Shown piece after piece: positions 1 through 10,735 of a stretch of 38,804 nt of DNA (position 1 is its first letter; each line of letters starts with the position of its first letter). The DNA is taken from assembly GCF_001194135.2 (NCBI RefSeq), contig NC_068983.1:70756232-70795035 (forward strand), read 5' to 3'. The position numbers and the translations under genes were made by a program. The notes under the pieces were generated by a model. That model was not told where the DNA came from. It did not search any database and was given only the letters and a program-made list of their open reading frames with translations. This DNA is from Octopus bimaculoides (lineage: Eukaryota).

Positions 1-20
1 TATATATATATATATATATC

Positions 21-217
21 TGTGTGTCTTTCTGTCTGTGTTTTTCTCCCAAACATCGTTTGATAAGCAATGCTGGTGTGATTATGTCCACGTAACGTAA
101 TGGTACGGCAAAGACTCCAATAGAATAACAAAGAATAAGTCCTGGGGGCAATTTGTTCGACTAAAGGCGGTGCTCCAGCATGGCTACAGTCAAATGAATG
201 AAATGAGTAAAAGAATA
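21..217 (+). mobile_element. 3' body and tail of a tRNA-derived SINE (microsatellite-containing family)
   Basis: The segment ...taagtcctgggggcaatttgttcgactaaaggcggtgctccagcatggctacagtcaaatgaatgaaatgagtaaaagaata matches the reverse complement of 17828-18040 and the copy at 20774-20987. It follows a (TA)n/(TG)n tract, as those copies do. Confidence 0.78.
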
Positions 218-219
218 CT

Positions 220-384
220 GGACCGGCTTCTTTTAGTTCCCGTGTACAAAACCCATTGACAAGGCTTTGGTCAGTCAGAGGATATAATAGAAAACTGCTG
301 CCCAGGTTGCAGTGCAGTGGGATTGAACCCGCAACCATGCGATTGGGAAGCAGGGTGCTTACCACACGACCACACCTGCTCCTA
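220..384 (-). mobile_element. 5' tRNA-like head of a SINE
   Basis: The reverse strand has an A-box-like tggtcgtgtggta and B box gggttcaatccc, then ...cctgggcag...ccaaagccttgtcaatggg. It is homologous to 18086-18241. Confidence 0.75.
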
Positions 385-555
385 TGTATATGGCTGCCTG
401 TTTCTCTGGAGACTGTCAGAATGATATAGACGCCTCTGTTAAGAACCCAATAAGCTTCGAAAATCGATTAAGGCTGACCATCCTTTTTTTTCACTCTGCA
501 GAGAAATGGCTAAAATTTACCCTGTTTATAATTATAATATATATATATATATATA

Positions 556-640
556 NNNNNNNNNNNNNNNNNNNNNNNNNNNNNNNNNNNNNNNNNNNNN
601 NNNNNNNNNNNNNNNNNNNNNNNNNNNNNNNNNNNNNNNT
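556..640. other. Assembly gap (N) flanked by (TA)n and (TATT)n
   Basis: Run of N. Confidence 1.
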
Positions 641-681
641 TATTTATTTATTTATTTATTTATTGATTTATTTATTTATTT
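641..681. repeat. (TATT)n microsatellite
   Basis: Direct reading. Confidence 0.95.
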
Positions 682-1823
682 ATATCTTGAAGTAATATAC
701 ACATATGTCATCTTTCGCTGGTTTCAACTACATGATTGTAGTTATCTGTTAATGTGCTTTTTCGTTTTCGAGATGGCATGGTATTAACTGAGGGCGTTTT
801 TGTTGTTGCTTGCTTTAGCCTTTAGAGCGACCGTCTACAGGTTCCCTCAGTTCAACGAATCCGTGAAGTTATGCTGTTTACTGTCAACAGATGCCATGGA
901 TATATAACCAGATGTTGACAGCTGACAGTGAAGTAATTTTCCAGTATCTATTGCTGATGCAAAGAGTGCATGTGTTTCGGGTAGAACAATGAAGTGTGCT
1001 GTTATCCATATGATAGCAGTAATTGATAGAGAGCCAATTATCTTGCCAATTGTTGACAAGGAGATCGTTTAATACTGTCAACACACACTGTGCATCTACA
1101 GTTTCGAGGTCAGATATTTATAGGAGATATTATTCTAATAGAAGAGTTTATCAGCAAGGAGTCTGGTTTGATATTTTTTTGATTATACTTTAATTTTCAA
1201 TACTATTTGATAGAATCAGTCTCAACACAGCATTAACGATTTCTATAATTTAATAATGATGTCTAAGAGACTCTAACTTAATTATCGTAATGTTTGCAAA
1301 ATTTAATAATTTGAAAATCAGAATATTCCAAAGGGATTTGTTTCTACTTCCTGCGCAGTTCCTGTTGTATAAAGAAGACAAATACGACAGCTTCCCGCTA
1401 AAACAGCGATGCTTAAGAGGATGGCTTTATTATTTATTTAATTTCTTCTAAAACAACTTCATCTTACTTTAAAATTAAAAACAAAAGGATCAACTTTCAG
1501 TAGCATTGTGATTGTTATAAACTCATACCAATTGGAAGAGAACATTAGAAGGAAGATCTGAAGAAAAATGTTCCTTCCAAAAAGCTATTATTGTTCCAAT
1601 GATAAAAGATGACACAGTTGAAAGTTAATAATGCATCGTACATGTCATCATGTCTGCAATGAACAAGAAAAATAAACAAAAGGGAAATGTAATAAAATAA
1701 ATCATTCTGATTAGGTAACTTCACTGTGGAATAATCATAGGAAACAAAATCAATTCAAGACAAGAAGCATACTATAAAAAGTGATTCAACACCGCGCCAA
1801 GAAAGACTAATACACGTTTTTAG

Positions 1824-1989
1824 TATATTACAGTAATGTAGCATTACACATTCACACATACAAACACACAAACAAACAAACACACAAACACACAGACGCT
1901 TGTGCGTGTCTATGTGTCTGTTTGTGTGTGTGTGTGTGTGTGTGCGTGCGTGTCTGTGTGTGTATGTAATGCTACATTACTGTAATATA
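1824..1989. repeat. Fold-back: perfect 25-bp inverted repeats enclosing complementary CA-rich and TG-rich tracts
   Basis: tatattacagtaatgtagcattaca (1824-1848) is the exact reverse complement of tgtaatgctacattactgtaatata (1965-1989). Confidence 0.92.
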
Positions 1990-1991
1990 TA

Positions 1992-1992
<1 letters not shown>

Positions 1993-2064
<72 letters not shown>

Positions 2065-2065
2065 T

Positions 2066-2125
<60 letters not shown>

Positions 2126-2126
2126 T
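1993..2126. repeat. Compound (CA)n-(GATA)n microsatellite
   Basis: Direct reading. Confidence 0.97.
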
Positions 2127-2984
2127 AAAAAGATACATATATATATACATACACACATCATTATGAGGTTTTCTGCTTCCTTATATTAATAAACATATTT
2201 ATAATTCAAAATAAAAATAACTCTTTATTTATTGGTCATAAGGGCTATGAACATTCGGGACAACGCAAACAAAAGACAGTGGAGACATATAGAAACACGT
2301 GAACAATTGAAATAATAAGAATTAAATTTTTTTTTAACAAATTATCTTATACAGAAAAATGCCACCCAGGGGCAGCCAAGAAAACCCACTGATCCTAATC
2401 CACCTTAGGTATCAGTAGTAATATGACAATGCTCTTTCCTCTTCCTCCTCGGCCTACAGGAGCCAATTTAGAAAAGGGGCACTCTCTGGGACCACTCACT
2501 CCACATTTATCTACCTTTCAACAAATTTACTGGGGTTCCACAAATCCCTCTCAACATCTCGTTTGGCTAAAAATGGAAAGCGCCAGTTTATAAACCTTTC
2601 AGTCTCGTTCAGCATACAATATTTTTCGCCATAGCGAACAGACAAAGGAAAACGACTTGCTCTTCCTGGCCAGAAAATGATGCCGGGACGCCCTTCACGG
2701 TAACTGGAGCCGTCCTATTCCTGATTGCTGCTGTTTAACATAAGTCCACAAATCTGCACAGACAGTTGCTAGTATGAAGTACTGCCTTTACTTTCATTCA
2801 CATCTAGTACCACCAACTTATCTACCGAATCTAGGAAGATTGTCTCCTCCTCTAAACCAAAATTCTTTTCGGAAAAGCAGAGCTACTCTACCGCTAGATT
2901 GTATCAGACCAGATGAGTATGTATCAGACTAGATGAGTATGTCTTTTGGTCCTCAAACATTGGGCTGAGTCCGTTCGTCCCAGA

Positions 2985-3049
2985 AATTGTGGGTTCAGTA
3001 ATGGCTACCACAGCTTAGTCAAGTGATAGCCATTACTGAACCCACAATT
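2985..3049. repeat. Perfect 23-bp inverted repeat with 19-nt loop
   Basis: aattgtgggttcagtaatggcta (2985-3007) is the exact reverse complement of tagccattactgaacccacaatt (3027-3049). Confidence 0.97.
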
Positions 3050-3352
3050 CCTTTTTACTGTGATTGTGTGCTTTCTTTTTGTTGTATTTGTGTATTTTCT
3101 TGTTGCGCTTGTGTATTTTCTTCCTGTTGTGCTAGGCACAGTGGGAGGTTTGGTTGTTGAAACGATGCTTTTGTGAATAGTTTTTTCTTTGTTGCTCTTT
3201 GTGTTGTTTCGGCGCATGTGTCATCTACGTGTGGAATCATGGCCTTTAGCCTTTTGTTTTTAGGCTTTTCTGGTGACCACTTGCCATTCTCTGGGCTCCA
3301 CCGCTTTTTTTCGTTATTTAAGGATGATTCAGCAGGGGAAAGTGGAGGCTGG

Positions 3353-3353
<1 letters not shown>

Positions 3354-3391
<38 letters not shown>

Positions 3392-3400
3392 TGTGTTTGT
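3354..3400. repeat. (GT)n microsatellite
   Basis: Direct reading. Confidence 0.95.
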
Positions 3401-3470
3401 GTGCTCTCGTCTGACGTTTTTGGTGCTAGTGTTGGAATTGTTGATGTTGTTTCTATGGAGTAGGCAGTCT

Positions 3471-3715
3471 ATGGCTGAGCACTCTCCAGAGACGCTTAAC
3501 CTTGATGTAGTTCTTAGAGAGATTTAGCGTGACTCAGAATGAGACAAGGTTGGCCCCTTTAAATTTAAGGTACATCTCACTTTTGCCAGCTAAGTAAACT
3601 GGAGCCATGTGAAATAAAGTGCCTTGCTTAAAGACACAAACTGCCGTCAAGAATCGAACACACGAGCTTACGATCTTAACCCGGATAGTCTAACCACTAA
3701 GCCACGCGCCTTCAC
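3471..3715 (-). mobile_element. tRNA-derived SINE with a CORE-like segment, 3'-truncated
   Basis: The reverse strand has A box tggcttagtgg, B-box-like gttcgattc and CORE-like ttgtgtctttaagcaaggcactttatttcac. Its 3' part is homologous to 17036-17125. Confidence 0.8.
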
Positions 3716-3849
3716 ATTTAGAACCTAACAATAACGTCTGCTCTAACTTGCATAACGGTCGAAAAGCAAGTCATTTGTTTAGTGTAATAAAGAAAGCAGA
3801 ATACTTTAGTAGGATTTGCAAATATTTTGCTTTCGATGTGCAAGATAGT

Positions 3850-4167
3850 ATGTGTATGTGTGTAAATAGATCATACATATATACACATATATGGATACAT
3901 ATGTGTGTATATATATCATACATATATACACATATATGGATATATGTGTCTATATATACATTTATATATATACGTATTACCGCTACACAATGGAACCAAC
4001 TATACATTTATATGTGTATATATGTGTATGTATGTATATGTGTGTATATATATATATATGCATAAATACAGACATACCTATATATATGTATATATATGTA
4101 TATACATATGCATATATATATATACATATATATGTATGTATATATATATGGATATATATAAATATAC

Positions 4168-4221
<54 letters not shown>

Positions 4222-4255
4222 CAATTATATGTATATATACATATATATATATACA
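3850..4255. repeat. Complex degenerate (TA)n/(TATG)n microsatellite field
   Basis: Direct reading; it produces the spurious YI/IH/CV-rich ORFs. Confidence 0.95.
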
Positions 4256-6659
4256 TCGCAATGAAAAGCGAAGTCGATAAAAAGCAAGTCTCATTCGAAA
4301 GACAATGAATATTGCAAAATGAATTTTCTTAATTTGTTTCAAGTTGACATATTTTCTACTTAGATGAAAATCTTTTTTGTGTAAATTAACCCAATTTTTT
4401 GCTGTATTTAACATTCACGAAGATATATGCAATATATGCACTTCTCATCAATGTCAATTGCATGAAGGTTTCCAAAATGCTTTTATTATACACGAAAAGT
4501 TTTTCAAATACCAACACAAATAATATTACAATTTCCTTTTCAAAAGTTTTTCTTTAAATATATAGAATCATTCTTTGACAGTTTCCACTAGCAGACATTT
4601 CATTTTATTTCTGTTAAATTATTTCATTAATTGTTTTCATAATTCCAGCTATTATTTGACAGAATTTCTGGAAAGTAAACATAAATAACTCTAAAGATAT
4701 TTTGACAAGTGCCATTACTGCAACACGATATTTTGAGATTTTACTTATTAGAAATTTTATTTATAAGAGATTTTATTTATAAGAAAATTACCACTATTAC
4801 TGTTACAATAGGAAGATACAGAATTGATTGGATACGAAAAGAACTGTGATTGGCCTATACATAAATATTGTTTCCAGGAAGAGAAAGTTTGATGAATTAT
4901 ATAACCATATAATCAATTTTGAAGAAAGACATGGTGACACTTCTAGTTGATTAGAAACGATTGTCTATTAATTTAGACTTCAAGCACGACTGCTATTTAA
5001 ATGAAAATTCTTAATGGTATATGTATATATTTTTTAAATAAATGAAGTTGTGATAATCTATGTAAGCACGCAAGTAAGAAATTATATTACTTTTGTAATG
5101 CAACCATATCAACATTTTTTAATTCATATTTTAGTAACAGATAATATTTCTTGTTAGTGATTAGGTTTATAGTGAGTCTTTTATTAATATAAATACATTG
5201 CCTGCATTTTTACGAAGGTGTTATGAATTCTGCTTATATACGGAAAAATCTAAATATATTTTTAATAATAAAGGCTGAAGCACTCATTTGATTGATTCAA
5301 GTCCAAACTATTTTGAATTGTTAAGCTTTTGCCAAATATTTAAAAATAATGTTTAGGAATCGCCGGAATCATGAAATTCTTATACAAGTAAGGAATTTTT
5401 TATACGACGGGCGGGGTTTTTAAGAACTGGGCTTTCGCAACCTTACACATTTTGCATAAACATCTACCATTTCTGATGCCTATGTAAGCATTATATAAAC
5501 CTGTACATCTACCTGTGGGTATTGCCTTCACTATTTGATAATGGTGATCACTAAGAGAAAATACATCTTAATACCTAAAAGTACGTAACCCAACAGAGAG
5601 CATAAGAATTGTTAGGTTCTAAATAGATAACGCTTTTATATGTTAGTCAGAGGAGAAACCATAAGACTGAGGAGGTTGGCATTGATTTTGAAGTTCTGCA
5701 GTTTGACATCTGCCAGAGAAACATGGATGAAGAGGACAGAGATTACAGCTCTAGAGTCTGGGAAGTAAAACTCAAATGGGAACAAAGAGATGAGGAGAGT
5801 TAGGTGTGTGAGTAGGGTCATATGGAAGAGAGCAGCAGATTGCCAATTGAGAGGAATAGAAGAGCAGAAAGTATTGAAGAAGCAGCAGGAAAGAAAAATA
5901 GGAAAATCAGCAAGACTCTGAGCCTATGAAGTTTAGCAAGTCTGTAAACGAATTTCAGCTAACCAACCGAAAGGCCTTCCTTTAAATGTAGATTTATGAA
6001 GATTAAAACCAATTCTCACACAATTTTCGCATTGGATTGAAAGGTAAAAGAGCCAAACGTGTGCACCTGCAACTTAGCTGAGCTTTATTCAGCTTCGTCC
6101 TATCTGTAAATAACTATTGCAAATCATTTAACTGCTGCTAATTTATCTTCAATGTTAACTAATATATAAGCAGTCTGAACAAATGAGCATTTGTCACAAT
6201 GACTGCACAAAAGGGGACATGCTTTTCATTTAAGTTGATTTTACAACATACCAGTTGTTACATACGTTTATACTGTTTTTATAGCCCAAAGATATATTTG
6301 AGCAAGCTTTGCACTATACCGATGATTTTTACAACAATAGTTCTTTTTTTCTTTACCTCGAACAGTGTATACAGCCATGCCAAGCTGAAATTATGAACTA
6401 CAGTAAACCATTCCAATTTCCTACCCTATTAATATTGAGTTGCATAAGCACCACAAAATTATTTTAATTCTCTTCAAATAATTTAAGTATACTTATGAAA
6501 GACTGCAAAATTAGAAAACTGTGTTGAGAATTGAGAAGGATAAGCTACGACTGGCTGCAAAAGAAAGATTTAATTATAATCCGTCGTCTGTGTAAAAAAT
6601 CTTAAGAGTCAGATTAAGACTATGTTGAAATTGCGAAAGTGTTTGTTATCAAAAATGTG

Positions 6660-6785
6660 GGAGAGAGAATGAGAGAGGAGAGAGGATGAGAAAGGAGAGA
6701 GAACTAGAAATAGAGAGAGACAGATAGACAGACAAAGAAAAAGAGAGAGGAAGAGAGAGAGAGAGAGAAAGAGAAAGAGAGAGGA
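6660..6785. repeat. Degenerate (GA)n/(GACA)n purine tract
   Basis: Direct reading. Confidence 0.9.
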
Positions 6786-7616
6786 TTACAATAGCAGACA
6801 AAAATAGAAAGATACACTATGTAAGATACTGAGTGAAGAGAAAGGACTGGTAGTGACATATAGAGGGAGAGTATGATGGATAACTCTTTTACTGGCTTCA
6901 GAAAATCGGATGTGACCATATTGGGACATCAGCACGTAAGCATGGAGAAGTGATATAAATTAGTAATAAAACACTACACAATATATGTGTAAAGCACGAA
7001 AGACTAGTGTTGGAGTAATTTGAGTATTTAACGACGATGCAGCATAGGAGAGAGGGGGGAAATATACTTCACACATATTCTGATATTTCAGAATTTTATA
7101 AAATCGATGTCGTAATGAAAATGTTATATACATATTTATACACGTATGTTATCTAAGTGTGTTACATTACGCTACGCATCTATATAGCTAAAATAAGTAT
7201 GTGTATACTATTATATATGATGATATATCTGCAATACATTGCTGTTATTTGATATTGTGCTAGTGCACATCGACTCAGTGCTTCGTTGAGCTTTTGATAT
7301 TCAGATGTTAATGTAGGACTGCGTACAAAAGTATAGTCTTGTATTTATGCACTCCTTCAAATGAACGCATATCTAAGACATGCACAGTACAACTATATTA
7401 TCTATTTCAAGTGACACACACACACACCCACACGCACACACACGCTCTCACACACAACTACATTAAGACCAGCTTTAAAACAAATAAGCTTATGGTAGAA
7501 TTTGTAGTGATATTGCATAAAAAATAAAAATAGAATATAAAAATGAAATAGAAAATATCACCCTTTTCCTTTGTATGTATATATATGTGTGTGCGTGTGT
7601 GTTTGTGTGTGTACTC

Positions 7617-7808
7617 TTATTTGATAAATACTATGTTTTTATATGCTTCTATTAGTTTCATGTGGTGAGAACATGCCAAACATTGTTTTATAACACATCT
7701 GATGATTGTGCTGGGACACCAGACGTATTATAAAACAATGTTTGGCATGTTCTCATCACATAAAACTAATAGTAGCACATAAAAACATATATTTTGTTTA
7801 TTAAATAA
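7617..7808. repeat. About 190-bp imperfect palindrome (MITE- or fold-back-like)
   Basis: The core arms 7649-7693 and 7728-7772 are reverse complements with 2 mismatches in 45 bp. Weaker pairing extends outward to about 7617/7808 and inward (cacatctg/cagacgta). Confidence 0.9.
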
Positions 7809-7984
7809 TATTTATCCCTCACCAGATGGAGTACTTTTTGCCGTTGATCTTAGCATCACGGCACAGAACAGTACACTATGTATGTATGTATATATATATC
7901 CGTATTCTGATAAATAAGTATTAGTAACGAAGAAGCTAAACAACGCAGAGTGAAGCTCTGTGTATGCGTACTAATTTTTAACGT

Positions 7985-8600
7985 TCTAGCTCACTTTCGC
8001 TGTTTACAGCAGTGCTTAGAAAGAAAGTGTGTAATAGCATGTGATCGTCGCATTGGTCATGATAGAGAAAGTTGACCCCAGAATCTGCTTCAAATTTTGT
8101 TAAAAGCTTGGCGATACCTGCACAGAAGCCTATGTAAAGTTTTCAAAATGTTTTCATCGTTCTCGACACAACCAGGGAGATCTTGCGCAACTGAAACCGG
8201 AGTAACCTTTTGGTCAGCTGAAAGCAGTTTTCTCACAAACTTGCCAGACACGGGTCTCATGCCCAAATCTTCAGTGATAATGGACTGAACTGAACAGTAA
8301 CTAATTTGCACATACTCTGATAACTCACGGATGGTAATTCGACGATTTCCCCTCACCGCTACACGCACGTCTGCGATGTATTTCTAAGTTCTGCTAGTTG
8401 CAGGTCTCTGAGAACGTTCGTCAATATCGACATTTTCCCCGGCCACCTTGGAAACATCTGAATCACTCGTACACTCGTGTGCGGCTCATACACTTCACTC
8501 CATACTCTTTCTACAAATTTACGTAGAGCTCTGAGCAGGTATCTCAGTGAAAACTTTCTCTGTCATAGTCAATGCGACGATCACACGCGACACACCTTTT
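7985..8600 (-). mobile_element. Mariner-family DNA transposon remnant (N-terminal transposase half) with an inverted copy of its 5' end
   Basis: The minus strand encodes YGVKCMSRTRVYE*FRCFQGGR, then after a frameshift VDIDERSQRPATSRT, then VRVAVRGNRRITIRELSEYVQISYCSVQSIITEDLGMRPVSGKFVRKLLSADQK. These are mariner HTH motifs plus a variant of the WVPxxL linker. No DD34D catalytic region is present. 8040-8073 is an inverted copy of 8552-8585. Confidence 0.87.
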
Positions 8601-10108
8601 GACTAAAGAACTTGGGACATCCTCCTATCCTTCCTCCTCCTCAGCCAAAGTCAGTCCTTTCCTTCCTCCTCCCCAGTCATTTTCAAGGTGTATTCGAGAT
8701 CAGTATGGTGGTCTTCCACCAGCCCTTCAATATCTTCACTGTCGACATCCAAGCCCATAGTTTTCCCCATAGAGACAATATCATCAACAATAGCAATTTC
8801 CTCGACTGCGGCAGTATTTGTAGCTGTCTCAAACCCCTCAACGTTTCGTTCTGATACACAGTCTGGCCAAAGTTTCGGCCATACTGAATTCATGGTTCTC
8901 TAACTCACTTGGTTCTATGCATTATCAATAAGATTAACACAATTCTGGATATTGAAATGATTTTTCCAAAATTCTCTGAGAATTAACTGAGTGTCATTAG
9001 TGACTTGAAAACACTTTCGAAACAGAGCTTTTGTGTAGAGTTTCTTAAAGTTCGCAATGACCTGTTGGTCTATTGGTTGCAGTAGATGAGTTATGTTACG
9101 TGGCAGGTATTTGACCTGAATAAAATCAAATTCAACTGAGTCGTCCTCCAAACCTAGAGGTTGAGCGGGAGCATTGTCTAGTACGAGAAGGCATTTTAGT
9201 GGCAAGTTATTTTCTTACTGATATTTTCTAACACTCGCGGCAAAAACTCCATGAATCAACTCAATATAAATTGTCTGGTTACCCAAGCCTTCGCATTAGC
9301 CCGCTACATAACAGGCAATTTACTCTTCATAGCATAGTTTCTTTTGAAAACTCTCGAATCATCGGAATGGTAAACAAGCAATGGCTTAACCTTGAAATGA
9401 CCACTTGCGTTGCCGCATAAGAAAAGAATGAGGCTATCTTTCATTGGCTTGTGCCCTGGCAACGCCTTTTCCTCCTTAGTAATATATGTCCTATTTAGCA
9501 TTCGTTTCCAGAATAATCCTGTTTCATCCCCGTTAAACACCTGTTGGTTGAGATAACCACCTTCCTTTATCAAGTCACTAAGCTCAATCACATATTTCTC
9601 AGCCGCTTCCTTGTTTGAACACGCCGCCTCTCCATGCCTAATCACACTGTGTATTTCACTTCTCTTCTTAAATTTATCGAACCAGCCTCTACTAGCTTTG
9701 ATTTCAAAAGTATCACTTTCAGCACTTGTACCAGTGGTTTTCTTTACTAGATCATAATAAATTTCTAATGCTTTCTCACAAATAACTGCTTCACTGATAC
9801 TGTCACCTGCTAGCTGCTTCTCATTTATAAAAATAAGCAATAACTCTTCCAATTCTTCGAGTATCTTTTGTCTTTGTTTATTAATAACAGTCACTCCTTT
9901 GGCAACATCAGCTACTTTTATCGCTTCTATATTTTTTTAGAATAGTAGATATTGTCGATTTAGGCATATAGTACTGCACAGTGAGATCTGACAGACGAAC
10001 ACCATTTTCGTGTTTTGCGATGATTTCTTTCTTTACTTCAGTTGTTTTTCTCTCAATTTGTTTTCTTTTTCTTTTACCAGTATCACCATTAGCTTTCTTT
10101 GGAGCCAT
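8600..10108 (-). pseudogene. Tigger/pogo-family transposase pseudogene (CENP-B-type HTH, HTH_Tnp_Tc5, DDE_1)
   Basis: Collinear ORF pieces 9908-10108 (KKEIIAKHE...KSTISTILK), 9304-9894 (KASRGWFDKFKKR...VFNGDETGLFWKRM), 8915-9205 (LLVLDNAPAQP...LLQPIDQQVIANFKKLY) and 8651-8893 (WPKLWPDC). Broken by a frameshift at an A-run near 9935 and by premature stops at conserved Trp positions. Terminal inverted repeats were not confidently found. Confidence 0.93.
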
Positions 10109-10356
10109 GAATAAGGTCTAATGAAGAGAAAAAAGCACAGTACAGTAAAATTTGAAGAGAAAAGCACAGCACAATACATAAATGTATACAACATGGCGGC
10201 CGACTCAGAAAGGATTCCGTTCGGGATAACTCGATTCGGCAGACAAGGCTATGTAAGTGCTACGGAAGGACCGCTGTTAGACCCCGCTCCAATAATAGTA
10301 TGAGTGAGGAGTCAATAATAGTATAAGTTTCTAGGACATTTATAAAAAGAAAAGTA

Positions 10357-10404
10357 GTCTTACAGCTGTTTCAAGGATTTAAAAGATATCCTATCATCAG
10401 AGAC
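10357..10404 (-). ncRNA. Minimal type I hammerhead ribozyme motif
   Basis: The reverse complement reads GTCT-CTGATGA-T-AGGAT-ATCTTTTAA-ATCCT-T-GAAA-C-AGCT-G-TA-AGAC: full core, stem I GTCT/AGAC, palindromic stem III loop, GUA cleavage triplet. Confidence 0.75.
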
Positions 10405-10608
10405 GATATGAGAGAGTTTCAATAGAAGGAAATAGTAGAGTTCATTACATAAGAAATTATTCTGGAAAGGGAGAGATACAGGAAGTATAAAGGGAAATAT
10501 ATTTCTATTCTCATATTTCCCTTTATACTTCCTGTAGCTCTCCCTTTCCAAAATAACTTCTTATATAATGAATTCTACTATTTCCTTCTGTTGAAATTCT
10601 CTCATATC

Positions 10609-10656
10609 GTCTCTGATGATGGGATATCTTTTATATTCCTGAAACAGCTGTAAGAC
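10609..10656 (+). ncRNA. Minimal type I hammerhead ribozyme motif
   Basis: GTCT-CTGATGA-T-GGGATAT-CTTTT-ATATTCC-T-GAAA-C-AGCT-G-TA-AGAC: full core and a 7-bp stem II with one G-U pair. U-U stands at the usual 10.1-11.1 pair. Confidence 0.78.
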
Positions 10657-10735
10657 TACCTTTCACTTTATAAGTGTCCTAGAAATATCACACTGCCTTG
10701 GCTTTGTTATATAATTTTATTTAACACACACACAC

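Larger units (their letters stand above)
2200..3470 (-). mobile_element. Internally deleted, decayed L1/Tx1-like LINE remnant
   Basis: Pieces read on the minus strand, in order: ORF1-like low-complexity peptide with EWQVVTRK (about 3260-3290); APE N-terminal-like SLD*AVVAITEPTISG (about 2980-3026); ORF2 C-terminal zinc-knuckle-like remnants (DKL...PRCE...VLH, ADLWTYVKQ, VVFLCLFAMAKNIV) at about 2590-2850; A-rich tail with aataaa near 2205-2235. Heavily frameshifted; the assignment rests on motif recall. Confidence 0.5.
10328..10685. mobile_element. 358-bp palindrome of two inverted hammerhead-bearing units (probably Penelope-derived)
   Basis: Arms 10328-10500 and 10513-10685 (173 bp each) align without indels and with 15 mismatches (12 transitions); 12-nt loop atttctattctc. 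Penelope origin is inferred from the minimal type I hammerheads. Confidence 0.8.

Noticed and set aside
847-1059. Minus-strand ORF with TIGKIIGSL, resembling a Kv channel S5-S6 segment
   Set aside because: No TVGYGD filter upstream, no PVP motif downstream, and stops immediately upstream.
1529-1653. Candidate minus-strand exon with a strong acceptor and a gtatgag donor
   Set aside because: All three frames contain a stop and no protein family is recognisable. Such splice-like signals are frequent by chance in AT-rich DNA; RNA-seq would be needed.
5640-5930. Purine-rich block with faint CR1/L2 reverse transcriptase resemblance on the minus strand
   Set aside because: No diagnostic motif (PQGS, YADD) could be read.
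6283-6403. Protein-like plus frame (PKDIFEQALHYTDDFY...) and an overlapping 28-nt minus-strand microexon candidate (6357-6384)
   Set aside because: The two readings are mutually exclusive, no homology is recognised, and there is no expression evidence.
7699-7727. CTGATGA at the centre of the 7617-7808 palindrome as a hammerhead
   Set aside because: No GAAA, stem III or cleavage triplet follows.
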